A DNA stretch of 63,956 nt, filler included, from Saprolegnia diclina VS20 (taxonomy: Eukaryota), in NCBI RefSeq assembly GCF_000281045.1. It is 10 parts of 3 records of this genome, joined end to end, with 100 filler letters (N's around TTAATTAATTAA, not from the genome) between each part and the next. Parts side by side here need not be neighbours in the genome. Positions count along the whole stretch, not along the records: positions 31,017 to 39,834 come from NW_008246099.1; positions 39,935 to 53,688 come from NW_008246099.1; 8 more parts are not named here. The stretch is one strand, 5' to 3'. The translations under genes were made by a program, and so were the position numbers. Below, in pieces: positions 34,431 through 44,875 of the stretch. The notes below the pieces were generated by a model. It was not told where the DNA came from, searched no databases, and saw only the letters and a program-made list of their open reading frames with translations. Each line of letters starts with the position of its first letter. Position 1 is the stretch's first letter.

Positions 34431-36795
34431 GTTGCGGAATGGCAATGTGGCGTGTCAGTCTGTCTCGTATCCGGATATTGTGTCCAATGAAAACGCGCGC
34501 CAGCGTGTCCACGCGCCTGTCCACAATGTCCACAACCTGTCTTTGCCCGTTTCTGACGGACAGTAGGACGAGGTCTGTCAGTATGACACCATGCCGAGTG
34601 TGCCGCAAAGCGTGTACCAAGGCCGTCGCAACCCTTCGCTCGCGGGAGCTCATACACAATCGCAACGCAACTCGGTCTCGGGTCCAACAACGCAAGTACA
34701 GCAGAAAAGTCGAATTATATTCCTCGAGCCGCAAACGAGAGTCGCCAACCTCGAACGTGACGAATCCGAGCGAGCTCAAGTAGCGCCGTACATTCTTGCG
34801 GTTGTGACGATAGGCTACAGCCTGCACCATTTCTGTCCATGCGAAGCCAAAGACGTCGTGCAAATGCCGGAGCATATCGAGGTGGCCATGGGCTGCCGCG
34901 CGGAGCATCATGCGCTCCGAGACGTGGCGTGGCAGCTGCGTCAGTCGGGTTGTCGGCTCTTGTAGTTGGAGCGCGTCGCAAACGAGCTGCAAGATGGTAA
35001 GGCTGCCACTGTGCGCCGCGGCCAAGAACAGACTGTGCATCATCCGGTCGAACCCCTGGTCGGTGCGCATGTTGGGCTCGACTTGCCAGCAGCGATGCGA
35101 GAGCACGTACGTCATGGTATCGATGTGGCGATCCCAAAAGGCAGCCAAGAGGGATTGCAAGCTGCAGTGCTGGCCGAAGCTCTCGTGGAGGTAGCGCACG
35201 ACGGTCAGGTGACCATTCGACACGGCTTCGTTGATGGCAGTCGGCTGTACTTGATGGCCACGCGCGACGAGCAATTTGAGAATGTCGAAGTGGCCCTGGC
35301 TTGCTGCCGCCGACACCGCAGAGCCTACGGCGTACTTATTGGAGGCGTGATACGGGTAGCCCTCTTGCGTCGGCAAGATCGCTGTATTGGTGCTGAATCC
35401 GTCGGCTCTGTCACTCTGATTGTCGACGCCACCTGTCGGTACGCTCAAGAGGTACGTCACCATCGCCATGTGGCCAATGTAGGCTGCCGTGGCCAAGGCT
35501 GTGTTGGTTCGCCATAGACCGTAGACCTCGTGGAGCCAGCGCACAACGTCAAAATGGCCGGCAGCAGCAGCAAGAGCCATCGCGTCGTCGGCACAGCCGT
35601 CATTTCGGTACTTGAGCAGCCAGTCGAGCACGTGCATGTGACCGCCGTAGGCCGCGTAGACGATGGCTCGCTCCGACCCGACGCGAAGGCGGCTCTTGTG
35701 CAAGAGCTCGAGCGACGTCATGTCGCCGTTGAAGGCCGCAGCTTCCATCACTTGGCAATTGTCCCATCTGTCAAACCAAAAGCACCTGCCAACGTCGTGT
35801 GGCAGCCACTCGTCATCGCTGGGGGGACGTGGATTCTCTTGATCGACGCAGGCGAGGACGTAGCGCAGCATCGCGTGGTCTTGGTTGAACACGGCCAGCT
35901 CGAGCAGTCGCTTGGTCATTCGTTTGAGGTACCCACGCGCGTAGACGTGCTGCATCACCACCAGATCCGCGTTCTCCACGACGACTGCGAGCGCCACTTC
36001 CGTCAACGCGACGGTCGCTGCGACGAGGTCGACGGCCTCAATGTGCGACTCGCCACGTACACTGTGCGTCAAGTGCTCGCGATGCGGGGGTTTAAACCAG
36101 AGCGATGGGTTGACGCCTTCGGTGCGCTGCTCGAGAAGAAAGCGAGCGATCGACGCGTGGCCATTGACGGCTGCTCCATTTGCCGCCTCGATCGTGCAGC
36201 CCTCGGTCCTTGCAGAGTGCAGGAAGACGACACTGTCGTAGTGACCGTTCATGGCCGCGCCGTCCATCGCGGCAGTCGAGCATATAGCACCCGCTTCATG
36301 AAGCCACATCAAAAGCTCGAGGTCACCTGACATGGCGACAAGGTCCATCATCTTGGGTGTGGCCAGCGCTGGAAACTGCTCGAAAAGAAGACGCAGAATC
36401 GGACCTTGAGACGCAGCAGCAGCAAGCTCCAGCGTCGCCGACGTACACAGTGAGGCATCCCATCGCAGCCAGCGTTGAACGAGGGCCACGTCACCTTCGA
36501 CAACCGAGAGGTGGAGCGCAAGGGCTCGGTCGTAGAAGTATGGCGAGACAAAGAGCGCGTGATGAGGAAGCTTGGTCGTTGGGTGGGGGTAGCGCTGAAG
36601 GTACGGTAGCGACCCAAACCGGACTGGGACGTTGGCAAGGTATCCTGGTTCGTCGTCGCTCGTGAATAGCCGGCACGGTGTGAGCGCGACGGCGTCGGCG
36701 AGGCGCTGGATGACCACCAAGTCTTGCGGTAGTCCTTCTTGGTACGACACGATGGTCTCCATGAGTTCGGGCGACCGGAGCACGGACGAGGCCAT
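34327..36795 (-). CDS. Ankyrin-repeat protein, paralogue of 4543-6619; true 3' end uncertain
   Basis: Long stretches identical to the 4543 protein; homology ends near 34770 but the frame stays open to 34327. Confidence 0.85.
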   Translation of the reverse strand: MASSVLRSPELMETIVSYQEGLPQDLVVIQRLADAVALTPCRLFTSDDEPGYLANVPVRFGSLPYLQRYPHPTTKLPHHALFVSPYFYDRALALHLSVVEGDVALVQRWLRWDASLCTSATLELAAAASQGPILRLLFEQFPALATPKMMDLVAMSGDLELLMWLHEAGAICSTAAMDGAAMNGHYDSVVFLHSARTEGCTIEAANGAAVNGHASIARFLLEQRTEGVNPSLWFKPPHREHLTHSVRGESHIEAVDLVAATVALTEVALAVVVENADLVVMQHVYARGYLKRMTKRLLELAVFNQDHAMLRYVLACVDQENPRPPSDDEWLPHDVGRCFWFDRWDNCQVMEAAAFNGDMTSLELLHKSRLRVGSERAIVYAAYGGHMHVLDWLLKYRNDGCADDAMALAAAAGHFDVVRWLHEVYGLWRTNTALATAAYIGHMAMVTYLLSVPTGGVDNQSDRADGFSTNTAILPTQEGYPYHASNKYAVGSAVSAAASQGHFDILKLLVARGHQVQPTAINEAVSNGHLTVVRYLHESFGQHCSLQSLLAAFWDRHIDTMTYVLSHRCWQVEPNMRTDQGFDRMMHSLFLAAAHSGSLTILQLVCDALQLQEPTTRLTQLPRHVSERMMLRAAAHGHLDMLRHLHDVFGFAWTEMVQAVAYRHNRKNVRRYLSSLGFVTFEVGDSRLRLEEYNSTFLLYLRCWTRDRVALRLCMSSRERRVATALVHALRHTRHGVILTDLVLLSVRNGQRQVVDIVDRRVDTLARVFIGHNIRIRDRLTRHIAIPQHAQAIPHDGSRGRRLCRRRRLRRLHRCPRRLHVR

Positions 36796-37278
36796 CGTCG
36801 CCAATAATGGCGTTTGCGTTTGGTCGGTGGCGCGAAAACAATTCTGAGGATGCTCTCGTCCGTCGCTGAAGCCGACCACGCNNNNNNNNNNNNNNNNNNN
36901 NNNNNNNNNNNNNNNNNNNNNNNNNNNNNNNNNNNNNNNNNNNNNNNNNNNNNNNNNNNNNNNNNNNNNNNNNNNNNNNNNCGACCGGAGCACGGACGAG
37001 GCCATCGTCGCCAATAATGGCGTTTGCGTTTGGTCGGTGGCGCGAAAACAATACTGAGGACGCTCTCGTCCGTCGTTGAAGCCGACCACGCGATACCTTT
37101 CTGAACCAGATTGATCGGGTTGTCGTCACAACCCGATCAAAAAAGATGCCAGTGTAGGTCCGTGAAAGCTTGTCGCAATGGTGGTACCGGTACACGTATA
37201 GCGTACAAGTAGCCACAAGTAGCTTCTAGCACAACACCGATAAGCTGGCACTGATATGTAGTAAGCTTAGTTCCATTG

Positions 37279-38464
37279 CAGTTTCAAAGAATGGGCCTCT
37301 GACAATGTGGCAAACCGTAGATGCAGGAGGTGCCACTGTGGCGCATGAATGAAGGTCCATCCAGAATTATTTCCTGTCAGAGACGGGTTGAGAAAGCAAG
37401 GTGTGTGCTGCCTTTTCGAGCTGGGGCCCAAGCCTTGAGATTGGCGACTTGGACTCGACGAGGCAATTATGAAACTGAATTACGATGATTAGCTAGCTGG
37501 TCAATACTGTCGTAGATATGCACCACGGAAGAGAAATGCAAGACCAGCGTGGAGAAGAGAAGACCAGAGAAGTGAAGACCAGAACGGAGACGAGGCGCGA
37601 GAGACGGAACGAGTCAAAGACAAGTTGTCGTAGGTGCGCTGCATCACACACCCCTTCTTCAAAGACGCCCGCGACGGGTTGTAGACTTGGCGGGAGCCTT
37701 GCTCTTCTGGAGACGATTACGCTGTGTTCGGCCCATGCGAGCCGCCTTGGCTGCGTACTGGCTGGACGCATCGGTCGGGAATTCGCGGAGGATGGCCGTG
37801 AGTTCGTTGTGCGCCATCGTTCCGGGTTGAACTTGTGCGCAGGCCTTGGACATGTACTGCTTGTACTTGAGGTAGACGTCTTCGGCCATGATGGTGACGG
37901 GCTTCCACGAGCTGCCTTCGATACCGAGCCAGACCGTGTCGAGCTCCATGATGCCGGCCTCATTGATGCGATGGCCTTGAAAATGATCGACCTCGGTGAC
38001 CATGCTTGAGAAGTCGATGGCGTCAAGTAGTTGAGACGAGAGCTTCTTCGACGCGTTGTTGTAGACCTTGAGGCGCGCGGCGTGGACGTGGTGGGTCTTC
38101 TTGGGGCGTACTTCTTCGACGATGTAGACCCAGTCAGAAACAGTGTCCTTGATAACCATTGGGCCATCCCAGCAAAAGGAGGTTTTGGGCACACTTGAAC
38201 GGGTCGTGTGGACGAGGACGAAGTCGCCGATCGCGTATNNNNNNNNNNNNNNNNNNNNNNNNNNNNNNNNNNNNNNNNNNNNNNNNNNNNNNNNNNNNNN
38301 NNNNNNNNNNNNNNNNNNNNNNNNNNNNNNNNNNNNNNCAGTTTCAAAGAATGGGCCTCTGACAATGTGGCAAACAGTAGATGCAGGAGGTGCCACTGTG
38401 GCGCATGAATGAAGGTCCATCCAGAATTATTTCCTGTCAGAGACGGGTTGAGAAAGCAAGGTGT
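37279..38464 (+). repeat. 126-bp direct repeat (37279-37404 and 38339-38464): filled versus empty insertion site
   Basis: One mismatch between copies; the first runs into the LTR, the second starts at a gap and continues into other sequence. Confidence 0.75.
37404..38237 (-). mobile_element. Gypsy/chromovirus-like LTR retrotransposon 3' end: integrase tail, chromodomain, PPT and 245-bp LTR
   Basis: IGDFVLV..WDGPMVI..VHAARLK.Y (GPY/F region), chromo-like EVDHFQGHR..VWLG..SWKP; stop at 37659; PPT GAAGAAGGGG at 37651-37660; LTR 37404-37648 bounded by TGTGATGC...GCAGCACA. Confidence 0.85.
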
Positions 38465-39363
38465 ATAAACTCTGTATCGGCTCTTGGACAAAGTAAGTTG
38501 CACACGAGCTGCAACTCAAGGGTACATGATAAACGATATGTACCCTTGCTCCAACTGCCGCAACCCCATCATCAGCAACTTTTGCCGTCGAGTTGGTCTT
38601 TATTTTTGGGTGGCGGCAGGTGGGGATATCGCACACGCGTCATGACATGTTCAGAAGACGGAATGCATCGAGACGCTTGGACGGCCGTCATGCAGCACAT
38701 ACAAATGTACCAACAAACCACATTGGACAGCCTACCTCGACGCGTCGGCGCTTGGGCTCGCGGATCATCTCGTAGCGAGACCTTTTATAGACACATGATG
38801 AGGGGTGGGGAAGAACTATCGAGATGTTGGGACGTAACAGCTCTCGTTTCAGCCGCGTTGGGCTGCGTTGAGCCTGGACGGGCGACCGGGACCGGACGGT
38901 CCACCCGCTGGTGGCGGAGGACGAGTCTCGTCCGGCCGGTTTTTCGAGCGGAGAGCGCGCGAAGTGGGCCGCGCGCTCACCTATTCGATCGCACGAGGTT
39001 ATAAACGGGACAGTCGCGTGCGGACCTATTCGGGCGCTGGGCGTTGGTTCGCGTTGAGCTGGGACTTCTAGCACATGCAGCCTCGTCACATGCTGTCGTC
39101 GTCGGTAAGGTCGACGATGGCTTGCCGGACCAAGGCCGCCTGGCATGGGCTTTGGCTTGAGGGCTCAGACGCTGGATTGACTTTGTCATGCCGAGCGCGA
39201 GCTCGACTACGGTTAACCGCCAGCACCTCGTTCCAGCATTTAGCCCTCTCGGCCTCGAACGTATTGACTCCTCCAAATGCCCACGCAATTGCAACGCCAC
39301 TTGGTCACATGTACCACAACTCGACGCGCAAGACAGCAGAAAGAGATGAATTCTATTCTCGTG

Positions 39364-39834
39364 TCACAAATACGAGACGCCGACCTCGCACTTGACGGAG
39401 CTCAAGTAGCGTAGAACCTTCTTGCGGCCGTTGCATCTCGCTACTTGTCGGACATTATCGGTGCACGCAAAGCCATAGACGTCGTGCAAATGCCGCAGCA
39501 TATCGAGGTGACCATGGGACGCTGCGTCGTTCATCATGCGCTCCGAGACGAGGCGTGGCAGCTGCGTCAGTCGGGTTGTCGGCTCTTGTAGTTGGAGCGC
39601 GTCGCAAACGAGTTGCAAGATGGTAAGGCTGCCGATGCGCGCCGCGGCCAAGAACAGACTGTGCATCGTCTCCTCGAACCGCTCGTCGGAGTCCGTAGAT
39701 GGCTCGTCTTGCCAGCAGCGATGCGAGAGCACGTACGTCATGGTATCGACGTGGCGATCCCAAGAGGCAGCCACGAGGGATCGCAAGCTGCAGTGCTGGC
39801 CAAAGTTCTCGTGGAGGTAGCGCACGACGGTCAG
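39364..39834 (-). CDS. Ankyrin-repeat protein C-terminal fragment (third paralogue)
   Basis: Aligns to 34770-35208; ends LRYLSSVKCEVGVSYL*. Confidence 0.8.
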   Translation of the reverse strand: MTVVRYLHENFGQHCSLRSLVAASWDRHVDTMTYVLSHRCWQDEPSTDSDERFEETMHSLFLAAARIGSLTILQLVCDALQLQEPTTRLTQLPRLVSERMMNDAASHGHLDMLRHLHDVYGFACTDNVRQVARCNGRKKVLRYLSSVKCEVGVSYL

Positions 39835-40992
39835 NNNNNNNNNNNNNNNNNNNNNNNNNNNNNNNNNNNNNNNNNNNNTTAATTAATTAANNNNNNNNNN
39901 NNNNNNNNNNNNNNNNNNNNNNNNNNNNNNNNNNTTGCGCACCTGACTTGCCTCGCGATGCCATTGGTTGACGCTCCAAAGATACCACCAATCGCATCGT
40001 CTGCGTTTGCACCTTTGAAACTCGATATCGGTTGTCTCTGACACTTTATAGTTGAAGTTGCCGGTCGCCAATGTGATGGCCCTTTGGATAGTACACGTTG
40101 AGACCAATCCATCCCAGAGGACGAGTCACGTCGAATCTCGTATCTGTGCTTTATAAACTATGGAGAGCCGTTTAGTCGATCAATCTCTTTACTCTGTCGC
40201 TTGAGCTCTGTCGCCGGCGTCGCCGGCAGCGTTGTCACTGGCTTCTCGGACGCGGCCGTCGTCATCATTGCCGTTCGCGTTCGACGATCGTCGTCAGTCG
40301 ACTTGAAGTTTCCATGGGAAGTGCATTTATAATGGCTTGGCGTCCTCGTACTATTATAATGCGACCAAGTCCAGGGAATAAAAAAGTTGGTTCTTGCTTC
40401 TACAGGTCGAATACAATTGAGACGCAATAATATTATTCCATTATGCAATTATATTTCTCATCCGCCCCATCGCCCTTGAAGCAGTTCGTTCTTGCACGAT
40501 CTCCAGTCGAAGTCACTCCAGTCGAAGCCACGTGCTATATTTGAATGCGATACGTACTACTACGTAGTAGATTACGTGACGAGACTATAGACAATGTACA
40601 TGAATGTAACGACTCCAAGGGACATTGTCTCTCCCGACTGTATCGGCAACGTGGACGACATCCCCTGCTCGCTTCGATGATTGGAACCAATCAACGTCAT
40701 TTCTTCAAATGCTCAGCCAATCCAAAGCAAGGTCGATCATCGCACCCAATGGCTCAAGCAGATGTCTTGACCAGATTGCAGATCCATCACAGTCGATTTA
40801 GCGTTCCAGTGCTCAAGACCCAACAGTGCTAATGGCCCGACATGACCCGGCCCTGCAGTCGACGGAGGTAGGCGACCTTGTCGATGGCGGCGACCAGGGA
40901 CCAAGGTCATCTATGGCTAGCTGCGCCCTCTCGCGGACGAACGCCCACCTCCCAGCCAGGTACACACATGCGACCGCCCTGTCCAGTGTCTA

Positions 40993-42284
40993 ATGATTGA
41001 GCAGGCGACCAACATGATGGCGATCGATCCCGTGAGCGCAGCGCGTCTCGCGGATCATCGCGCGATGGCGCATCTTGTCAAGGCCTTTCCGACGACGGTG
41101 TCGTGGGGCCGTGCCACGGCCACTGTGAAGCGCATCCGAAAGCTGCTGGAGGCGGTGGCGCTGCACTGCAGCTACAGCTTCAGCGAAGGCGCCCAGTGCT
41201 GGACACTTGCTGACGATCACGACTGGACGGACGAAGAGCTTGACACGTTCACGACGCTTTCCGGCAGCGTCGCCAACATGTTGCCCGAGGCTGCCACGGC
41301 CATCATGGGCGATATCCAGAACTTTTTGGCCTCGCCTTCACGGGTTATTGGCACAAAGTACGCAACATAGTACTCGTCCTGGTTGCTCCAACTTGTGTGA
41401 TGACAAATAGGTTGAGTCGTTTCAAGGCCAAGCCCCCCAAGACGCAGCCTTTGGCGTCGATGCAGCCTGAACATCAGTACGTTGTCGTTCTCGCCGTATC
41501 GTCTCTCCAACCTTGGTCATCTCTACTAGGATTGCCAGCGCCACGATGGACCCACAATCGACGCCTGGGCCCAGCGACGAGACGCCGCCGCCCACGGCTC
41601 CGATGGCCAGACCACCGTTCAGCCTGGTCATTTCGTTGTTGGTTACGCTCTGGCCTGCACAAGGACTTCAACATAAGTGCACCACCGTTGTCAAGACGAG
41701 AATTCCCTCACTGCTCAAGATCGCGCGAAACTGCGAGACGCACGCCTTGGGCTGGAGACTCAACCCCAACGTGCAGTGGACGGAGCCCGAATTGGACACG
41801 CTCAAACAGCTCAACGACCACCTTGCTCTGGTGGCGAGCGTTTCCGCCAAGATGGCCAAGCAAGTCAAATATGTGATCCCTGAGTTTCAACGCCTCTTTG
41901 CCTTGCCGTCACGCTCGATTCTCGCCGAGTACGTACTCGTCTCGATCACTACAGCCCGTACTATGTACTATCTCTCGTAGGCTGAACAACTACAAGAAGT
42001 ATTCCGAGCTACCGGTCCCCACGCAGACCGAAGCGTGGCATGCATTTGTCGCATGCCGGTCGGCGGCGAGCGTCAAGCGCGAAGCCGTCGAGCGCGAAGG
42101 CGGTGAAGTCAACGACCCGCGGCCAGCAAAGCGCCCCCTGCGCAGCAATAGCCGCCCAGACGAGACGCTGCTCCTTCGGCCGCAGCGCGTGGACAAGCCG
42201 AATTCGAGACCAACTCGCAAGCGAAAGACTCGGGTACTTCTGGCACCCGGAATGGTCGACTTCATCTCCAGCTTTCTTGTCTAG
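40993..42284 (+). CDS. Hypothetical protein with two copies of an unknown ~110-aa domain and a basic C-terminus; start uncertain
   Basis: Repeats share W.L.....WT..ELDT...L and A.PSR.I; each is followed by a phase-2 intron (41358-41410, 41929-41980). Confidence 0.65.
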
Positions 42285-43273
42285 ACCCCGCCGACGGTCC
42301 CCACGACAGCCATATCCACGCGCCGTCGCGTCAAGTCGGAGCCCGAGGTAATCCCGAATCCAAGCACGATCCTCTTCTAATACATGCTAGGAAACGTGAG
42401 TCGTCACGGCAGCGTAGGCGCAACTCTCGGGAGATTTCGTTAATTGCATTTAATGATTCTGTTATCGGATGATCTTGTGAATGGTGTGAATCAGTGAAAG
42501 CGAGACTGCATCCTTTGGTGGTATGGGGACGGTGCGCCATTGAGGTTGGCGTCTTCTGTGTGGCATTGGCCAACGCCAAGTCGTGGTAAGCTCCAACGAT
42601 GCAAAACCGCACCCAGGACTAACTCCAAGTACAAGCAGTGACGGGTCGCAGCTCGAAAGCTGGCCGACGACCTGTCTACGTACTGTCCGCGTGACGGTAT
42701 GGACGACGCTGAATGCGCAAAACGACTACAGTGCAGAGGCCACGAACCGTCAACGCCGCGAGCACAGGCTGGTGTGCAGCTGCTTGCTAATCGTGTCGTC
42801 TCGGTACATATTTCACCACTTGACTAGACACTAGTTTTACGGAACCCCGAGATATCCCCATGCCCCATGCTAAGGTCCACGTAGAGTGGCACTCGTCATC
42901 TGCGTACAATCGGCAATGCGGCTCGAGCTGGCATGTTTGCTCGTCGAGTACGCTGCTTGAACTCGTCGACAGTACGCTACATTGTCAAAGGTGCCCACCA
43001 GCGCCGTTCCCTATTCCGTCTTCTCGCGCAAGTCTGGTGCACTCTGGTACCTAGCCATCTCTAGCTGGTACGTTGCGATCACTCTAGTCGTCGATCTGGC
43101 GCAAGGCTGTCGCCAGACGAACGACTGGTTGCAGTCCGCTCCACTTGCGTCCTGGACGTCTTCGCCAAGATCGTCGGTCGAAAGCCATTTCTGATTGGCT
43201 CATTTCGACCAATGAGGAGAAAGGGCAAGCTGACTGTTTGGATCCAGCAAGAAAAGACTTGGGACCAACAACG

Positions 43274-44774
43274 ATGCGGATGATCGGGCTGCTGCTGCTC
43301 GCGCTCGTCGCCGCCGCTGTCGCCGACGACGCCTACACGCTGCCATGGTTCCAGTACGAAGGCGACTCGCACTACGAGTTTGGCCTCGCGCTCGGCGAAC
43401 ATTTTCGTGAGACGATCCAAGCGCGCGTGGCCGCGACCACGGCGCTGCAGGCGACGCTGCTGCCCTTCTACGCGACGCCGGCGGGCGAAGCCATCTACAA
43501 TACGTACCTCGCGACGCACAACCGAACGTTCCCGGCACGATCGCCCTCGATGGCGTGTCCATACTCATGCTACCATAGGCGTATGTGGAGGAGGTGCTGG
43601 GCATGGCCCATGGCAGCGCGGTCGCCTTCTCGGTACGCTGATACCATCGACCGTATTACGACTGCGAGGAGCGTTGGTAGACGCTCTTCATCCTCAACAT
43701 CATTGAAGAGTACACGACGTCGATGCGCGTAGCGTTGACCGACGATTGGCTTCGCCCGGCGCCGGCAGTCCACTGCACCGACATTGTACTGCATACGACC
43801 AACACGTGTGTCGTAGCCCACAACGAAGACAGCGGCCTCGCGTACGTCTCGCTTGCCTGTCGTGTCGGCTACAGTGGCCGGTGCTAGGGACGTCAATCGG
43901 ACAGCAGTCGTCACGGCCAAAATCCAAGGCAACGCGTGGTTCACCGCGTACACGTACCTCGGCGACTTGCCGTCCGGTGCATTTGGCGCCAATGACAATG
44001 GCGTCGCCTTCTCCCTCAACTGTACGCCGCTCGATATCTATACGAGGGGTCCATGGTGGTATTGTCTAGATGTTGAGCCCTTGGACATTGACTCGAACGG
44101 TCTTGGGCGCGGCTTTGTGTCGCGGGATCTCTTGGCAGCTAGGAGCTACGAAGACGCCATTGCGCGCGTGACGCAGCCCAACCAAGCCACGGGCCACAAC
44201 ATCCAGGTCCGTCTCTAGGGTGTAAGTAGCGCTTAGTCTGACGGCCGTAGTTGATGGACACGGTGCACGGGAGCGTCGCCAACATCGAAGTCGCCTCGTT
44301 CAACCGATCGGTTGTAACCGAGATTGCGGCCGGCGACCCAACCTTTTTCCATACCAACCAGTACCAGACGCTCCTCTTACGGCAGCCCATGTCGCCGAGC
44401 AGCTTCCATCGTTTGCGGCGGTACCGGCACCTCACGCCACCACGCACCATTCAAGCGCTCCTTAATGTCCTTGGGGATCAGGTATTTCTTTCAACGCATT
44501 TGTCGGTCTCGACCGATCGCCCGTACAGGGTGACCCGTCGTACCCGATATTTCACGATGCGACGTCCCACGCGGCCGGCGAGCTCTCCAACTGGACGCTC
44601 TTAACCGTCATTTTTGATGTGTTGAACCGCAAGGCGTACTTTCTGCAGCCCCAAGTCAACCCGCGCGTCGCCAGCGTCATCATGGTCCTCGATCTACGCA
44701 ACGTCAACCATGTCCAAGTGCTGCGGTCGGTCCAGGAGCGCGTCGATGCAGCCGCGCGCCTCCTCCAGCTCTGA
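43274..44774 (+). CDS. Secreted peptidase C45 / AAT-family Ntn hydrolase, multi-exon
   Basis: Signal peptide MRMIGLLLLALVAAAVA; HYEFG..LG, YVEEVLGMAHGS, nucleophile H-CTD, AHNED, FGAN..G, HTN.Y. Confidence 0.85.
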
Positions 44775-44875
44775 GCCCCACCGATGTTTCTCATGTCGAC
44801 GCTAAATAACGCGCTGTGTGCAATCCCACGCCATGTTGATATCGCCTTGAAACCGAATCCAACGCAATCAAGCGC

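Noticed and set aside
36772..37091. ~110-bp direct repeat of the ankyrin 5' end
   Set aside because: Flanks an N gap; unmerged allelic overlap.
38465..39360. ORFs between the LTR element and the ankyrin fragment (also 13420-13740, 42300-43200, 49400-50600, 54400-55065)
   Set aside because: Short, broken and without recognisable motifs; no call can be supported.
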